Shown here: positions 25,142 through 37,130 of the stretch, in pieces
How positions within the stretch are numbered: the first letter of the stretch is position 1
Layout: each line of letters begins with the position of its first letter
Source: Octopus bimaculoides
Taxonomy: Eukaryota
Assembly: GCF_001194135.2 (NCBI RefSeq)
Contig: NC_068990.1
Location: forward strand, 86,162,639 to 86,213,111
Direction: 5' to 3'
Length of the DNA stretch: 50,473 nt
Position numbers and translations under genes: made by a program
Notes under the pieces: generated by a model
Told to the model about the DNA's origin: nothing
Databases searched by the model: none
The model's input: the letters and a program-made list of their open reading frames with translations, nothing else

Positions 25142-25270
25142 ATAATAATAATAATGATAATAATAGTAAGAAGAACTATGATGACGACAATTTGGCAGAG
25201 TAATAATAATAATAATAGTAATAATAAGAAGAAGAAGATGAAGAAGGAGGAGGAGGAGAAGGAGGAGGAC
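25005..25270. repeat. Compound trinucleotide tract (AAT/AAG/AGG/TAC) with a duplicated 25-mer
   Basis: gatgacgacaatttggcagagtaata near 25087 and 25181 between trinucleotide runs. Confidence 0.85.
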
Positions 25271-25640
25271 GATTTAACATTAGTTTCTGTGCGAGTACAA
25301 GTGAGGTAAAGAGTAAATGAGTTTTCTGTGTTTGTGTTTTGTGTGAGGAAGACATATGAAATGTGCTTTTTACATGCAGTGCGTACGTGCATATGTATAA
25401 GTGTATATGTGTGTGTGTGTGTGAGTGTGAAAGAAGGATATTTTTGGATGAGATGTTTATATGAAACACGTTTGTGTAATGTGCACATGGATAGGTATGA
25501 CTGGAAAGCCCTGTGCCTCATTATGTGTGAACATTAGATTTAGTATAGAAAAATGGAAGGTGACAAGGAGACACAGACACACAGGGGCTTCTTTCAGTTT
25601 TTTATTTCTTTATTGCCCAGAGGGGACAAACAAGGACAGA

Positions 25641-25818
25641 CAAAGGGATTAAGTCGATTAGATCGACCCCAGTGCGTAACTGGTACTTATTTATCAACCC
25701 CGAAAGGATGAAAGGCAAAATCGACCTCGGTGGAATTTGAACTCAGAACGTAACAGCAGACGAAATACCGTTAAGCATTTCGCCCGGTGTGCTAACGATT
25801 CTGCCAGCTCGCCGCCTT
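25641..25818 (-). mobile_element. SINE family C, low divergence
   Basis: gattagatcgaccccagtgcgtaactggtacttatttatc.accccgaaaggatgaaaggcaaa.tcgacctcgg.ggaatttgaactcagaacgta...ctgccagctcgccgcc. Further copies 34583-34795 (-), about 38110-38290 (+), 45150-45250 (-). Confidence 0.88.
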
Positions 25819-25821
25819 CAA

Positions 25822-25988
25822 CAGTGAGAGAAATTTGTGGTGAAAGAGTACAGCAGGGTTTGCCACAACCCCTCTGCCGGAGACTCGTGGAGCTTTAGGT
25901 GTTTTCGCTCAATAAACACTCACAACGCCCAGTTTGGGAATCGAAACCGCGAGTTCGCTGCTCTAACTACTGGGCCATTGTGCCTCCA
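25822..25988 (-). mobile_element. tRNA-derived SINE (family B), partial
   Basis: Reverse of ggaggcacaatggcccagtagttagagcagcg...gtttcgattccc...gcgttgtgagtgtttattgagcgaaaacacctaaagctccacgag. Confidence 0.85.
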
Positions 25989-27037
25989 CAATTCTTCAGT
26001 TTCTGTCTACTTAATTCACTCACTTAGGCTTTGAGGACCTAGGTATGTCTTGGAAGGCTATGGAACTGCATCCAAAAAGTTCCTTTATAAAGTGCAGGTA
26101 TTGAGATATTTTTTTAATGGAACTCCTAAAACAGCAAAATTTTCATGCTGTTGTCCAGACATGCAAGCCTCCTCTCTCCTGGCTACCAATGTTCTCCAAA
26201 GGGAAGGCAAAGGTCAATACAGCTTAGCGCCAGTGTCATTGCAGGCGATGCTATCAGAATACGAAGAACTGGAACAGAGTTAACCCATCTGATACTCCAA
26301 CAATTTCTTCAATCCATCATCTTAACGCTTTCGCATTCACATTATTCTGTCACAAATAATGTTTACTTATTCACATTGTCTGGAATTATTATGCATTATC
26401 TCGTAGCTTTGAGATTTCGATGAGGCAACTGCATATTTTTAGCTCTTCTTTTATTCACTAATTACGGTTAATCTGGCATTGGACAAACTCTGTGGGTCTC
26501 CCTTTTCTTGGTGCCCTAAGCACAAGCTTATTTTATTTAATGATTAACTTGGATGTGACCGGCACCATTTCATTCCACCTCTAATACATGCTTCTATTTG
26601 TTGTTTAAAATGTTAACTAATTCTTGTTTTGTCCATATCTGAACTTGTACAGTTCAACAATATAGAGATAACTACTGAATCTGTTGAGAGGCACATTTGA
26701 GACTGTGAAACTCCAGCTGTCACATTTAGCATGTTGTCTGTCTTTTTTGCTAAACAGTCTTCAACTATATTTTGAACCAGTTGCACACATTAACTTGTTA
26801 GAGGACAAAGACTCATTCATGTCATGACTAATTTAGTAACACCACCTGATAAATAAAATTTCAAAAAAAAAAACAACATAACATTTTTTTTATCAGTCAA
26901 CCGGAGACTGCAGCTGTAACACATCATCCCACTCATTTTTCTAGTATATATTGTTTTTCAGATTTAATCTCTAAAGCTTTCCCATTTCCAAATTGATTTC
27001 GATTACATCTAAAAGATGCTTTATTTTCCTTCAACTC

Positions 27038-27117
27038 TGACCAGGAGGAAATGCTGTCAACAAATGGTATCCAGTGATCATTGGATAGCGTTTGATGACA
27101 TCATTTCCTCCCGGTCA
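27038..27117. repeat. 80-bp loopless imperfect palindrome centred on TGATCA
   Basis: tgaccaggaggaaatgctgtcaacaaatggtatccagtga | tcattggatagcgtttgatgacatcatttcctcccggtca; 34/40 paired. Confidence 0.88.
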
Positions 27118-27500
27118 ATTTTTTGTTTTTAGATAAAATCAATACCATTATGAAAATAGGAAACCATTAAATTACCATTAGGAGGAGTTTGAGAAAAAAA
27201 CTTGACAGTTAATTTTAGAAACATTTTTAACATCCTAGAACACTACAACACTATCCTCAAAACATTAACCCTTATAGACAATCTAGAGAAAAACATGGAC
27301 ATATCATAGACAACTACAACACTCCATCTCACCCACCCCGAAAAGAAAAAAACTAGATTTCTACACTATCCCAGAATATAAACCCACCCATTCAGTCAAG
27401 GTAAATACCCATACATATAGCTATGGCATCCTAGAACATCACAACACTATTCCTCCTACTTAGTCCAAACAAGCAGAAAACACACATAATATATCAATAC

Positions 27501-27535
<35 letters not shown>

Positions 27536-27821
27536 GTCAATGTTTCATATATCAGGGAAAAAGCACACTCTAAAACAGAGCAGTAATGTATTTATAAGTA
27601 GTTAAGCCTAGTCATTGTGACCAATGGTTTAACATCCATGAAGAACTTAGCCCCATGAACAGCTCGTCAGACTCTAAAGCTCTCTCTTATATATNNNNNN
27701 NNNNNNNNNNNNNNNNNNNNNNNNNNNNNNNNNNNNNNNNNNNNNNNNNNNNNNNNNNNNNNNNNNNNNNNNNNNNNNNNNNNNNNNNNNNNNNNNNNNN
27801 NNNNNNNNNNNNNNNNNNNNN

Positions 27822-27852
<31 letters not shown>

Positions 27853-28957
27853 TACATATGTTAGTAGAGTTAGAGGTTGAAATACCCGTCTAAGGGATAA
27901 AAGTATCCATTATACCACTGGTACCAGTATAATTACCTATGTTAATCCTGGACATAAGCATATTATGCTCAAAGATTACAGGTAATGACAATGATAAACA
28001 TGAGTTTATCAGGAATCAAATTTAAAGTAATCAGAAAATGGAGAAATATTCATCAACAACAATTGACTTGTATCAATTATTATTTTTTAATTCAATACAT
28101 ATTGACTGTATTTTTTAGCATATCAATGGCAATACCATACAACATTGGAAGCAGAAACATCTGTTAGATGGGATGCAGTCTATTGTATTGAATTAAAAAA
28201 TAATTATTGATGTAAGTCAATTGTTGTTGATCAGTATTTCTCCATTTTCTGTTAACTTTATATATATATATATCGAGACAGACCTAAGGCTAAATAATAA
28301 CGACGAGAAACACACTTGTATGAAGTGAACTACATTTCTTCCCTTTGCCAACGAATGATGTTATGGTTGCAAGAATTGAAAATACAACCTTCATATGTTC
28401 AACTAAGGCGACAAGGGACCCTCAATGAAGTTGCTTGTAAAAAGGAAAAAGTAGCTGAAAATCCCTCTTTATATCATCTTATTAGTGTTTCTGGTACAAC
28501 ATTGCTCAATATATTTCTCCTTATTTAAGACAGGATGTGATTAGAGGGAATTTGGTTGCTACTTCTAGTATGTCAAGCAACCATGTAGAGGCCTCCTTCG
28601 TTGGCTTGGATCTTTTGGAGTGCTTTTAATATTAATTGATTGAGAAGATAGAAAACTTTTTGTCCCATGTTTCTTCATGTTCAACATCTCGAGTGTGTAT
28701 GCAATTATGAAGCAGTTACTAAAAATTGCATGTATACTCCCAGGCATGTGTATGAGAGAGAGGGGGGGGGGAGAAAATCGTCTACCCATACAACTCTAGG
28801 ATAAATTCAGAATTGTTCATTTTGTGGCTTGTTTTTCTTTATGGTTGTTTGTCTATCCACCTCTCTCTCTCTCTAAATATTGCTCTTTCACCCATTACCA
28901 CATACACAATCTCAACTCTGTTTCCAAAATCCTGTCAACTCTGCCCACATTTTTCTT

Positions 28958-28988
<31 letters not shown>

Positions 28989-31144
28989 TACACACACAAT
29001 CACACAATTACAAAAGGCACATCCACACACAATATGCATAGTATAGAAAAGTACAGTCACACAGCACAAAAGGCACTTCCAAACACAACACTCACCCGCC
29101 CCACCCCCTAAGCGTAATTGGTTAGTGAGAGTCACACCTTGTATGCGCTCCTGGTTCAATACCGGTGGGGGTACTGCTTATAAAACACCAACTACTTTGA
29201 GATTTGAGTCGATGGACTACTGTGGACTACTCACTCACCACACAACCATGCGTTTGCATTTAACTGCTGTCATTGTTTACTGTGGATCACTTAACAAAGC
29301 AGTTAACACTCCTAGCTTCCAATTATTATTACAGAACCAATACAGCGTATCTTGAGTAAATATAAATATACACAGTGACAATGGATTGTTAAACAACAGC
29401 AAAGAGAAAAAGCTAGTAAGTTCAATCCTCATCTCACACCTCTTAAATGGCTTTTGCAGGGCTCAACTTCATGCTCTAACCACTGAGCCAGGCATCTTCA
29501 CACGACTCAGTAGTTAGAGTACTGGGCACACAGTCATGAGGTGCAAAGCAGATTATTTGTTGACAGGGGAAATACAACAATGTCACCCCTTATAACTACT
29601 TAAAACCTTTCACTCCCTATGGAGTATAAGACCATTAATGGCTTTCTTCACTACCCTCGACTCTGGACCTGTCTTTTCTGCTTCTATCTAGCTGGATCCC
29701 TGCTTTTGCAACTCTGCCTCAATATCCTTCCTCTCTTTTGCTTCCTTTGTGGGTCACAGGTCAGGGCCTCACCTATTACACAAGATGTTGGTTCTTTTAG
29801 GATTTTGTAGCACCACATTATACATTTCTCTGAGGGGTGGCATTCCATTGTCTTGTTGGCTTTGAATTGTCGATACTTCTCTGACTTTGCTTTTTTCCAG
29901 CTAGGGGTGGTCCATGTTAGTCTGGCCTCTACCCTTCGACCTGTCTAGTAAAGGGAAGTCCTGTCAGAAGCTTGTGCTCCACTGGAATAGCTCTCAAGGT
30001 CACTGAGAAACACAAGCCATCATGCCACAGCTAAGACTGCACTTTGTGATGGATTCATCTTTTTGGGGTTTGATAAAGAGAATCAGACCCATCTGAATTC
30101 AATTCTTCTCTTTATTTCTTTCTGTCAGTCTCTCTCTCTCTCTAGAATAAATGAGCAGTGTTCTTCAAACTCAGAGAGGAATGGACCGCATCAAATCTAA
30201 ACATGCCCAGGATATGTAGTATGTTGTAATGGCACTCTTATGCCTCCACCAGGAGATGAAGGTCCAACAGCATGGCATATATAAGACAGACTGGTTGATC
30301 CAATGACAGACAGACAGACAGCTTGGTATAAACTTCAGATGAATGCATTAACGGGGAAAACTCCATAGTAGCAGTAATGAAATAATTAATCTGCTTTGAA
30401 TGAATATATGTACTCTACTCCATGTATTGAGTACTTTATTCACCTATTTGTTCAACAACAATGATGAATTTAGAAATATTTTTTCATTTTTTTTTTTTAT
30501 TAAAATTGCTTGGTCTGATAGGGTTGTACTCATGTACTTCAAAAAAATCCTCTGGGGCTAACATTTGAGGTTTTCTCTGACGATATTCCAGTTTCTCTTT
30601 ATAGACTGTCTCACTCCCTCTTAGCTACACAACACATATACAAACTTTACCACACACACAAACTATACAATGACATAACTCCAAGTCTTACCCACAAATG
30701 CTAACAACTACACGCATCATATAACTTCAACCTCCATCTTGCTACACCAAGCCCCAACTATATTTACTACAAACTGGTAAAGGAGGAGAGGGACTCTACC
30801 ACCCCACACTATCAGCCTTCCTTCATCTAAATATAGTATATCTTTAAGGATGCTGGGAAATTCCGCGATAGTGGGGCAGAGCCCCTCTGTATATTACCAC
30901 TGCTGCTACTAGTAGTAGCGATAGCAGTGGTGGCTATATATAAATAAATACATATATATATATATTTATTTATATATGTATGTATGTAACTGTTAGCTGG
31001 AATGTTGTGCAGCTGAAGAGATAAAACAACAGATACTAAATATAGAAGATGAACTAAAGCAGAAGTCATAGCAGTTGTTGTTGTTGCTGTTGTTGTAGAG
31101 AGCAGCAACTGACATCATCACAACACCAACACTACCACTACTAC

Positions 31145-31180
<36 letters not shown>

Positions 31181-31190
31181 NNNNNNNNNN

Positions 31191-31228
<38 letters not shown>

Positions 31229-31853
31229 AAACAAACAACAACATATCCTTACAGCAGCTTTAATGTCTGACACTAACGCTACAACAGCACCAACAACTCT
31301 CTTTGATGAGAATTTTATTTTACCGACATTGGAAAGATTGGAAAGGAAACAAAGTCTGTCATGAAGGGACTTGAATGTATAAAAGAGTTGGAACAAATAC
31401 CACAGGGCATTTTGTTTGATTCTCAAACGATTCAGCTTATTCATCAATCTCATAATAACAATAATAATAATAGTAATAATAATAATTTGGTGATTTTCTT
31501 TACTGTATGTGTGCTAAGCGATGAGTTACAACAATAGGACCTGTGAAGTCTACAACAGATGATATATGTTGAAAGTAAGATAGCAAGTTATTTGATGGTC
31601 TCACAAGTGCCAGTGGTTTTATGAAGGGAATCCAACCCTAGAAACCAGGCCAAAGCTGACACTGGAGCACAATGCTACCCTGCTGGTCACCAGGTCCTGT
31701 TAAACCAACCAACCCATGCCAGCATGGACAATAGACGTTAAATGTAGTTGATGATGACGATTTGAACTTGTGACTTGAATCCACTGATATGAGTTCCTCA
31801 AGTCAATGTGAAGGATGTTACAGAAAACAGAAAATGAGAGAGAGAGAGAGAGA

Positions 31854-31884
<31 letters not shown>

Positions 31885-32452
31885 TATGTAAAGCTACAAA
31901 ACAAGGTTAATTAATCAACAATACATTAGCTTATCACACTTGCGATTAGATAGGCTGGCACAGTAAAAATAGTAAATATATACACATATACACACACACA
32001 CACACACATTCCCCAATTGTTGTCTGCTTTCAGCTTTTCTCCACTTGAAATGGGAGAAAAAAAGGGGATGTGATACACAGATATGGTGCCTCTGTTACTC
32101 AATCCAGAGGATCTACTTGGGTTTATGAAAGTTCCTCATACAGATGCACTTACAAGGCAGACCCAGCTGGCCAGACGCTATCTAAGTTACATCTTGTTTG
32201 ATTAGTTAGAGGCTAAGTAACAAGTGATTAATGAACAATGATAAGAAACTCTCAAGAGAGCTGACCACCAGAAGGACTTTAGAGAAGAAACCTCACTCGG
32301 TCAAGTGATTCAGCCCTTAACTTCTGACACTCTAATGGGGCCAGGCTGCATCCAGATCATAACTCCTGTGTGCCCTTCTGCTGATATATTTTAGCCACTT
32401 GGATATCAGAGACTTGTGCATTTAATTGTAATCCTAGATAAAATATGTTTAA

Positions 32453-32674
32453 CCCTGTAGCATTTAAACTGGATATATATAGCCAAAATATTCTACCCAT
32501 TTTATGTTCAAACTGGCTATATCCAGCCTTTCACACCTACCCTACAATATTGTTCTCAGAATAAACAATCACATCATCGATATTGCAAAGCTACAAGATA
32601 ATGCATGGTTAATTCAAAGCAACGTGAATAAATAAGTATTACATTTGACAAAATAATCTGAATGACAACGAAGG
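32453..32674 (+). mobile_element. piggyBac-like MITE, full length
   Basis: TTAA 32449-32452 | CCCTGTAGCATT ... AAGG | TTAA 32675-32678. Further partial copies at 38431-38520, 46940-46988, 47093-47275. Confidence 0.72.
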
Positions 32675-32896
32675 TTAAAGACAAAAGAAGTTTGAGACTC
32701 TGCCATGACAGATCTACTCATCAGAGCAAAGTAAAGAACAGACAATAACAGTGACAAACAAACAACTCAATCACAAACTTATATCACTATCAAATAACCA
32801 GGTTACACTAGAAGGGTCTCATTTTCAGCAATCAGGTCCCATGCTGCCTTTATCATAACACTCCCAGGTTATACATTATCCTCTCTAACAATTAAA

Positions 32897-33108
32897 CCCT
32901 TTCGTTGCTGTATTTATTTTGAGTGCTTCTTTCAATTACTTTAAATATAACAAAAAATTTAGCAAAATTACTTAGTTATCGTTCAGCTAGTGTTAGGAAC
33001 ATAAATTGTGACTAAGGTTTGGTGGAAGATGTTAATTCAAAATTTATGAAAACAAGACATTTGTACTCAGAGTCAGAGGTGGTTTCAGCTGGGTTGGTAA
33101 CGAAAGGG
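32897..33108 (+). mobile_element. Second piggyBac-like MITE family
   Basis: CCCTTTCGTTGC ... GTAACGAAAGGG | TTAA; 5'-truncated second copy at about 43770-43939. Confidence 0.65.
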
Positions 33109-33248
33109 TTAAGCTTACTCAGTACCCAAACTAGTAAATGATTAGCTCACATAAACTATTTCTAAATACCTGGAACAACCAGGTAAAACACTGCTCTTTA
33201 ACAACTAGGTTTCATTAATCTCATTAACAGTTTTCACTAGCAAATAAT

Positions 33249-33834
33249 TAGGTCACACAAACTTTCATTAACAAACAACTAGGTCATATACTAATAAAAC
33301 TAACAACATCTAGGTTATATATTAATGGAACTAAAAGAAACAGTTCACACCACCCCATCATATAACCAAGGACAGGTAACATATTACTGGTGCTAGAAAA
33401 TGTGTCACACCACTCAATACCTTGGTCACACAATCATTACCAAATAGGTCATATATTACAGGTACCAGGAAATACCTAAACCCTTCGTTCCTTAAGGAGC
33501 ATAGGTCATTGGCAACTTTTCTCTGCTGGGCAGTAAGGTCTTCCTCTCCCAAGTCTTGTTAGTTTTGAAATGTCATTGGCACTCTGGTAGCATTGTTTTT
33601 TCTAGGTAGAAGAGTCGTTCCCTATTAATCTGGTTGTTATCCTTTCACTTGACCCCTACCAGAAAATTGCACTCTGCTGGACCAGCTCTCAGTCGTTGAA
33701 GCATGCAAGCCACCATACTACAATAAGGACTGGACCTTGTTGTGGACAAGGAAACTGGTTGCATAGTGTTCTCATCAGCAAAGCAACTAGGTCACAACTG
33801 CACCAAGAAACAACAGGACTGTCTCACTAGGTCA
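33249..33834 (+). repeat. Dispersed degenerate AACAACTAGGTCACAC motif array (six exact TAGGTCA)
   Basis: TAGGTCA at 33249, 33280, 33445, 33502, 33788, 33828; variants from about 32800 to 34560. Confidence 0.6.
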
Positions 33835-33860
33835 CACTGCCATCACTAACAAACAACTAT

Positions 33861-34424
33861 GGGATCTATTTTAAAACGGGGGCCACATTTTTCATTAATG
33901 TTTTACGTAGTGTTTTTGGTACGGAAAGACTTTCAAACTTCGTATACTTATCTATTTTGTGTTATAGAACAGAAAAATATTTTTATATTCGAATTTATTT
34001 CATGTAAAAAATTGTCTTATTTCGATAATTTCAACCAATCACTGACAAGTATTCAGTTGTTTACATTTACTCCTTTGGCTCATTAAGCGATGTAAAGCGT
34101 ATTTAATCTCCATACCTTCGTTTTATTTGCTTTTTTCATTTTAAATTTGCTTTAACCCTAACCCTAGGGTTAGGGTTAGGGTTAATTGTTTCAGAATCGT
34201 TTGTTTATGTAGTCAGCACTTAATGTATATCGGCTGAATGGACGTCAGTGATTGGTTGAAATTACAGAAATACGACAACTTTAACATGGAATAACTTATG
34301 GATTTCTTTTTTTTTTAAGAAGACTAAGAGAAAAAGATGTTTTATATGACACATTCTACCAGTGTTCCAAGTTTCAAAGTGTTTCGTTAATGAAAAATGT
34401 GGCCCCCGTTTTAAAAAAGATCCC
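33861..34424. mobile_element. 564-bp non-autonomous foldback DNA transposon with 6-bp TSD and internal head-to-head telomeric repeats
   Basis: 38-bp TIRs (37/38) GGGATCT.TTTTAAAACGGGGGCCACATTTTTCATTAA; TSD AACTAT at 33855-33860 and 34425-34430; inner inverted blocks about 34012-34067 / 34222-34280; palindrome TAACCCTAACCCTAGGGTTAGGGTTA at 34153-34178. Confidence 0.85.
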
Positions 34425-35180
34425 AACTATGTCACACAATAAACTCACAATGGAAAAAAAAAAAAAAAAATCAGTCATTTATTGCACAAACCAGGTCACT
34501 AAAACAACTCACTGACAAAAGAAGGCTCCACATTGACCCCACAAACAATTAGGCTATTTAGCATGCTCACAAACAACTATAATCTTTTCTAATATAGGCA
34601 CAAGGCCTGAAATTCGGGGAAGGGGGGATAGTCAATTACATCGACCCCAGTATACAACTGGTACTTAATTTATTGACCCTGATAAGATGAAAGACTAAGT
34701 CAACCTTGGCGGAATTTGAACTCAGAACATAAAGGCAGATGAAATACTGCTAAGCATTTCGCCCGGCATGCTAACTATTCTGCCAGCTCACCACCAGATG
34801 GCATAGAACTATAATGACACATTGCCTTCACTAACAACAACTCATATACAAAATTGTTCCCTAAATGTACTCCTCCCTCCCCCCATTCCACACACATGGC
34901 TTTTCCTGTAGTACTTCAACGTTTGAGTGTATCATTTGTTCATCTTACTTAAATGGTAATTCTCAGGGCACTGCATGACAAGGACTGGTCTTTGGATAAC
35001 GGTACATCAACAGCCTTTCCCACAATTCATCAAACGAATTTCACTCACAAGACTTGTACTGATTCTGAGCTATAAATAGTATAAGACACTTTCCAACGGT
35101 ACCTAGCAATGAGATTGAACCTGAGACCTTATGACTGAGAACCAAACTTCTTAACCACTTACGCACAGAAATATACATAT

Positions 35181-35340
35181 AGGCGCAGGAGTTGCTGCGT
35201 GTTAAGTAGCTTGCTTACCAATGACATGGTTCCGGGTTCATTCCCACTGCGCGGCACCTTGGGCAAGTGTCTTCTACTATAGCCTCAGGCCAACCAAAGC
35301 CTTGTGAGTGGATTTGGTAGACAGAAACTGGAAGAAGTCC
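35181..35340 (+). mobile_element. SINE family A, 5' half
   Basis: aggcgcaggagt.gctg.gtg.taagtagcttgcttaccaa..acatggttccgggttca.tcccactgcg.ggcaccttgggcaagtgtcttctactatagcctc. Confidence 0.88.
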
Positions 35341-36162
35341 AGGTCATAAAACGAGAAAATGGAACTCACCACTATAAACTGATACTCAAGACTCCTCCGT
35401 TCTTGTTCATAATCCAAAGTTTGTTAAAATTGCTGTTTATAAACATTATGACAACTTTATTCTGAATACTGCACTATAATTCAAAATGGCAAATTGGCAG
35501 AACTGTTAGCGTGTTGGAGAAAAACTCAGCAAATATTTATTCAAGTTTGTACCTTCTAAGTGCTTTGGGCATGAGTGGAAAACTTATTTCTACCTGGTCA
35601 AACAAAATGGAGTCTTGTAAAACAAAGAAAAACAAAACCATGAAGGAAAAGCAACAGAGAAACCTCCTGTATATTCCCGTGTGAAACTCCCATGTTAAGT
35701 AGAAAATACTTAACAATTTGGGACGATCTAATAAGTTCAAGTGAGGCCCACATTGGAAACGGTACTGTTGCTGCTACTACACATGTTGATATTCTGGAAT
35801 GCAACCAGAGAAAAGCCACTCACAGATACTCCAGCCTCTAACTCACAGCTGTGAAGTCTCTCTCTCTTGGCTTTTTTCTACTGTTACTATATAATTACTT
35901 CTGTTCAGAGTTAAAATGGTCCTGTTCTTACTCCACTCGGAGCATTATCCCAGTAGTATTTCCTGCCTGCATATGTCTCACAGATTCAACTTGGAACAGT
36001 TGAAACAGAACGTTAACAATACCAGTCATGAAGGACCTGCAAAGGCCACGTGCATTACTCCTTTCATTCAGAATCACCAAACACAAAAAGTCATCCTTTT
36101 CGCTGACTGATAGCAGAAGAAAAAATAAAACATACAAGAAATCTGTTGCTATTGGTAATATA

Positions 36163-36382
36163 TGAGAGGGCGTACAGAAAAGTTGCTGGCTTTGAGTAAA
36201 AAAAAAATACAGGAGGATCAGTTAATCGTAATTTTATTCAACATATTCCCCTCTCAGATTCACACATTTATTGCAACGGTCCTTCAGTTTTTCTAAGCCC
36301 TGAAAAAGTACTTGGAAGGCTGGGCCTCCATCCAGATCTTTCAAGATACTCTTAAAGCCAGGAACTTTTCAACACCCCCTTG
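36163..36382 (-). mobile_element. mariner-derived MITE retaining the transposase C-terminus
   Basis: Minus frame 36302-36234: QGLEKLKDRCNKCVNLRGEYVE*, the mariner C-terminal GI.KL..RW.KC....G.Y.E motif; imperfect TIRs aggg..t.c.gaaaagtt.ctggcttt.ag at both ends. Confidence 0.75.
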
Positions 36383-36944
36383 TGTGTGTGTGTGTGTGCA
36401 TATATATAATAGAATGATGCCTGTTGTTATTTCATGTTGTATTCACAATTGTGTACCATGTTCTCCATTTTTTTTTGTTTGTCCGTTTTTTTCCGTCTTT
36501 GTTGCTGTACACAGTCGCTAACTTTCTTACAAAGGGGTCTAATGCTCTTAGCTTAGACTTTTTTGTGGACAACCAGATCAAACCATCTCAAGTGTAACTG
36601 TCCAAAATGGTCGTGACTTCTGGTACTTGACTGATGAAAGAAAGCCAAGAACGACTCGTCTTTTTTTGCCTGTCCTTCTAATTGTTGTTTCTCTTGTCTG
36701 CCTTTGTACCGTCTATCTGTCCGAACGCTTTAATGCCCTCTATTGCGTTTTTGTTCCATTTTTATATATATATATATATATATTAATATAAGAAAAGAAA
36801 GAAAAAATATTGTGGATACTTGTATTATTTGTATTACAAGAGCATAGCAAATAGTTTAATACAAATGAAATTTAGAGGAACATAAATTAACATAAAATAA
36901 GCATAAAAAGTGCTTATTTTATGGAGACATAAACATACCAACAC

Positions 36945-37130
36945 CGACTGTCAAACAGCGATGGCGGACAGACATAAGCACAAAGACACACACATACACA
37001 ACAGGCTTCTTTCAGTTTCCATCTACCAAATTCACTCACAAGGCTGTGGTCAGCCTGAAGCTATAATAGAAGACACTTGGGCCCAAAAGGTGTCACGCAG
37101 TGGGACAGAACCCAGAAGTAAGCTTCTTCC
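36945..37130 (-). mobile_element. SINE family A, partial
   Basis: caacaggcttctttcagtttcc.tctaccaaattcactcacaaggct.tggtc.gcc.ga.gctata.tagaagacacttg...cacgcagtgggac.gaacc. Confidence 0.8.

Noticed and set aside
32685-32730. Minus-strand CTGATGA followed by a hairpin
   Set aside because: G12 missing and no stem I or III can be drawn.
33249-33834. CRISPR-like repeat-spacer array
   Set aside because: Repeats are short, degenerate and irregularly spaced, in eukaryotic intron context with no cas genes.
34153-34184. Ancient chromosome-fusion site or G-quadruplex
   Set aside because: Only five repeat units, inside a TIR element with a TSD; three G-tracts cannot form an intramolecular G4.
36631-36660. 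CTGATGA...GAAC GACTC GTC in a T-rich repeat-like segment
   Set aside because: No stem II and GAAA incomplete; possibly a relic but unsupported.
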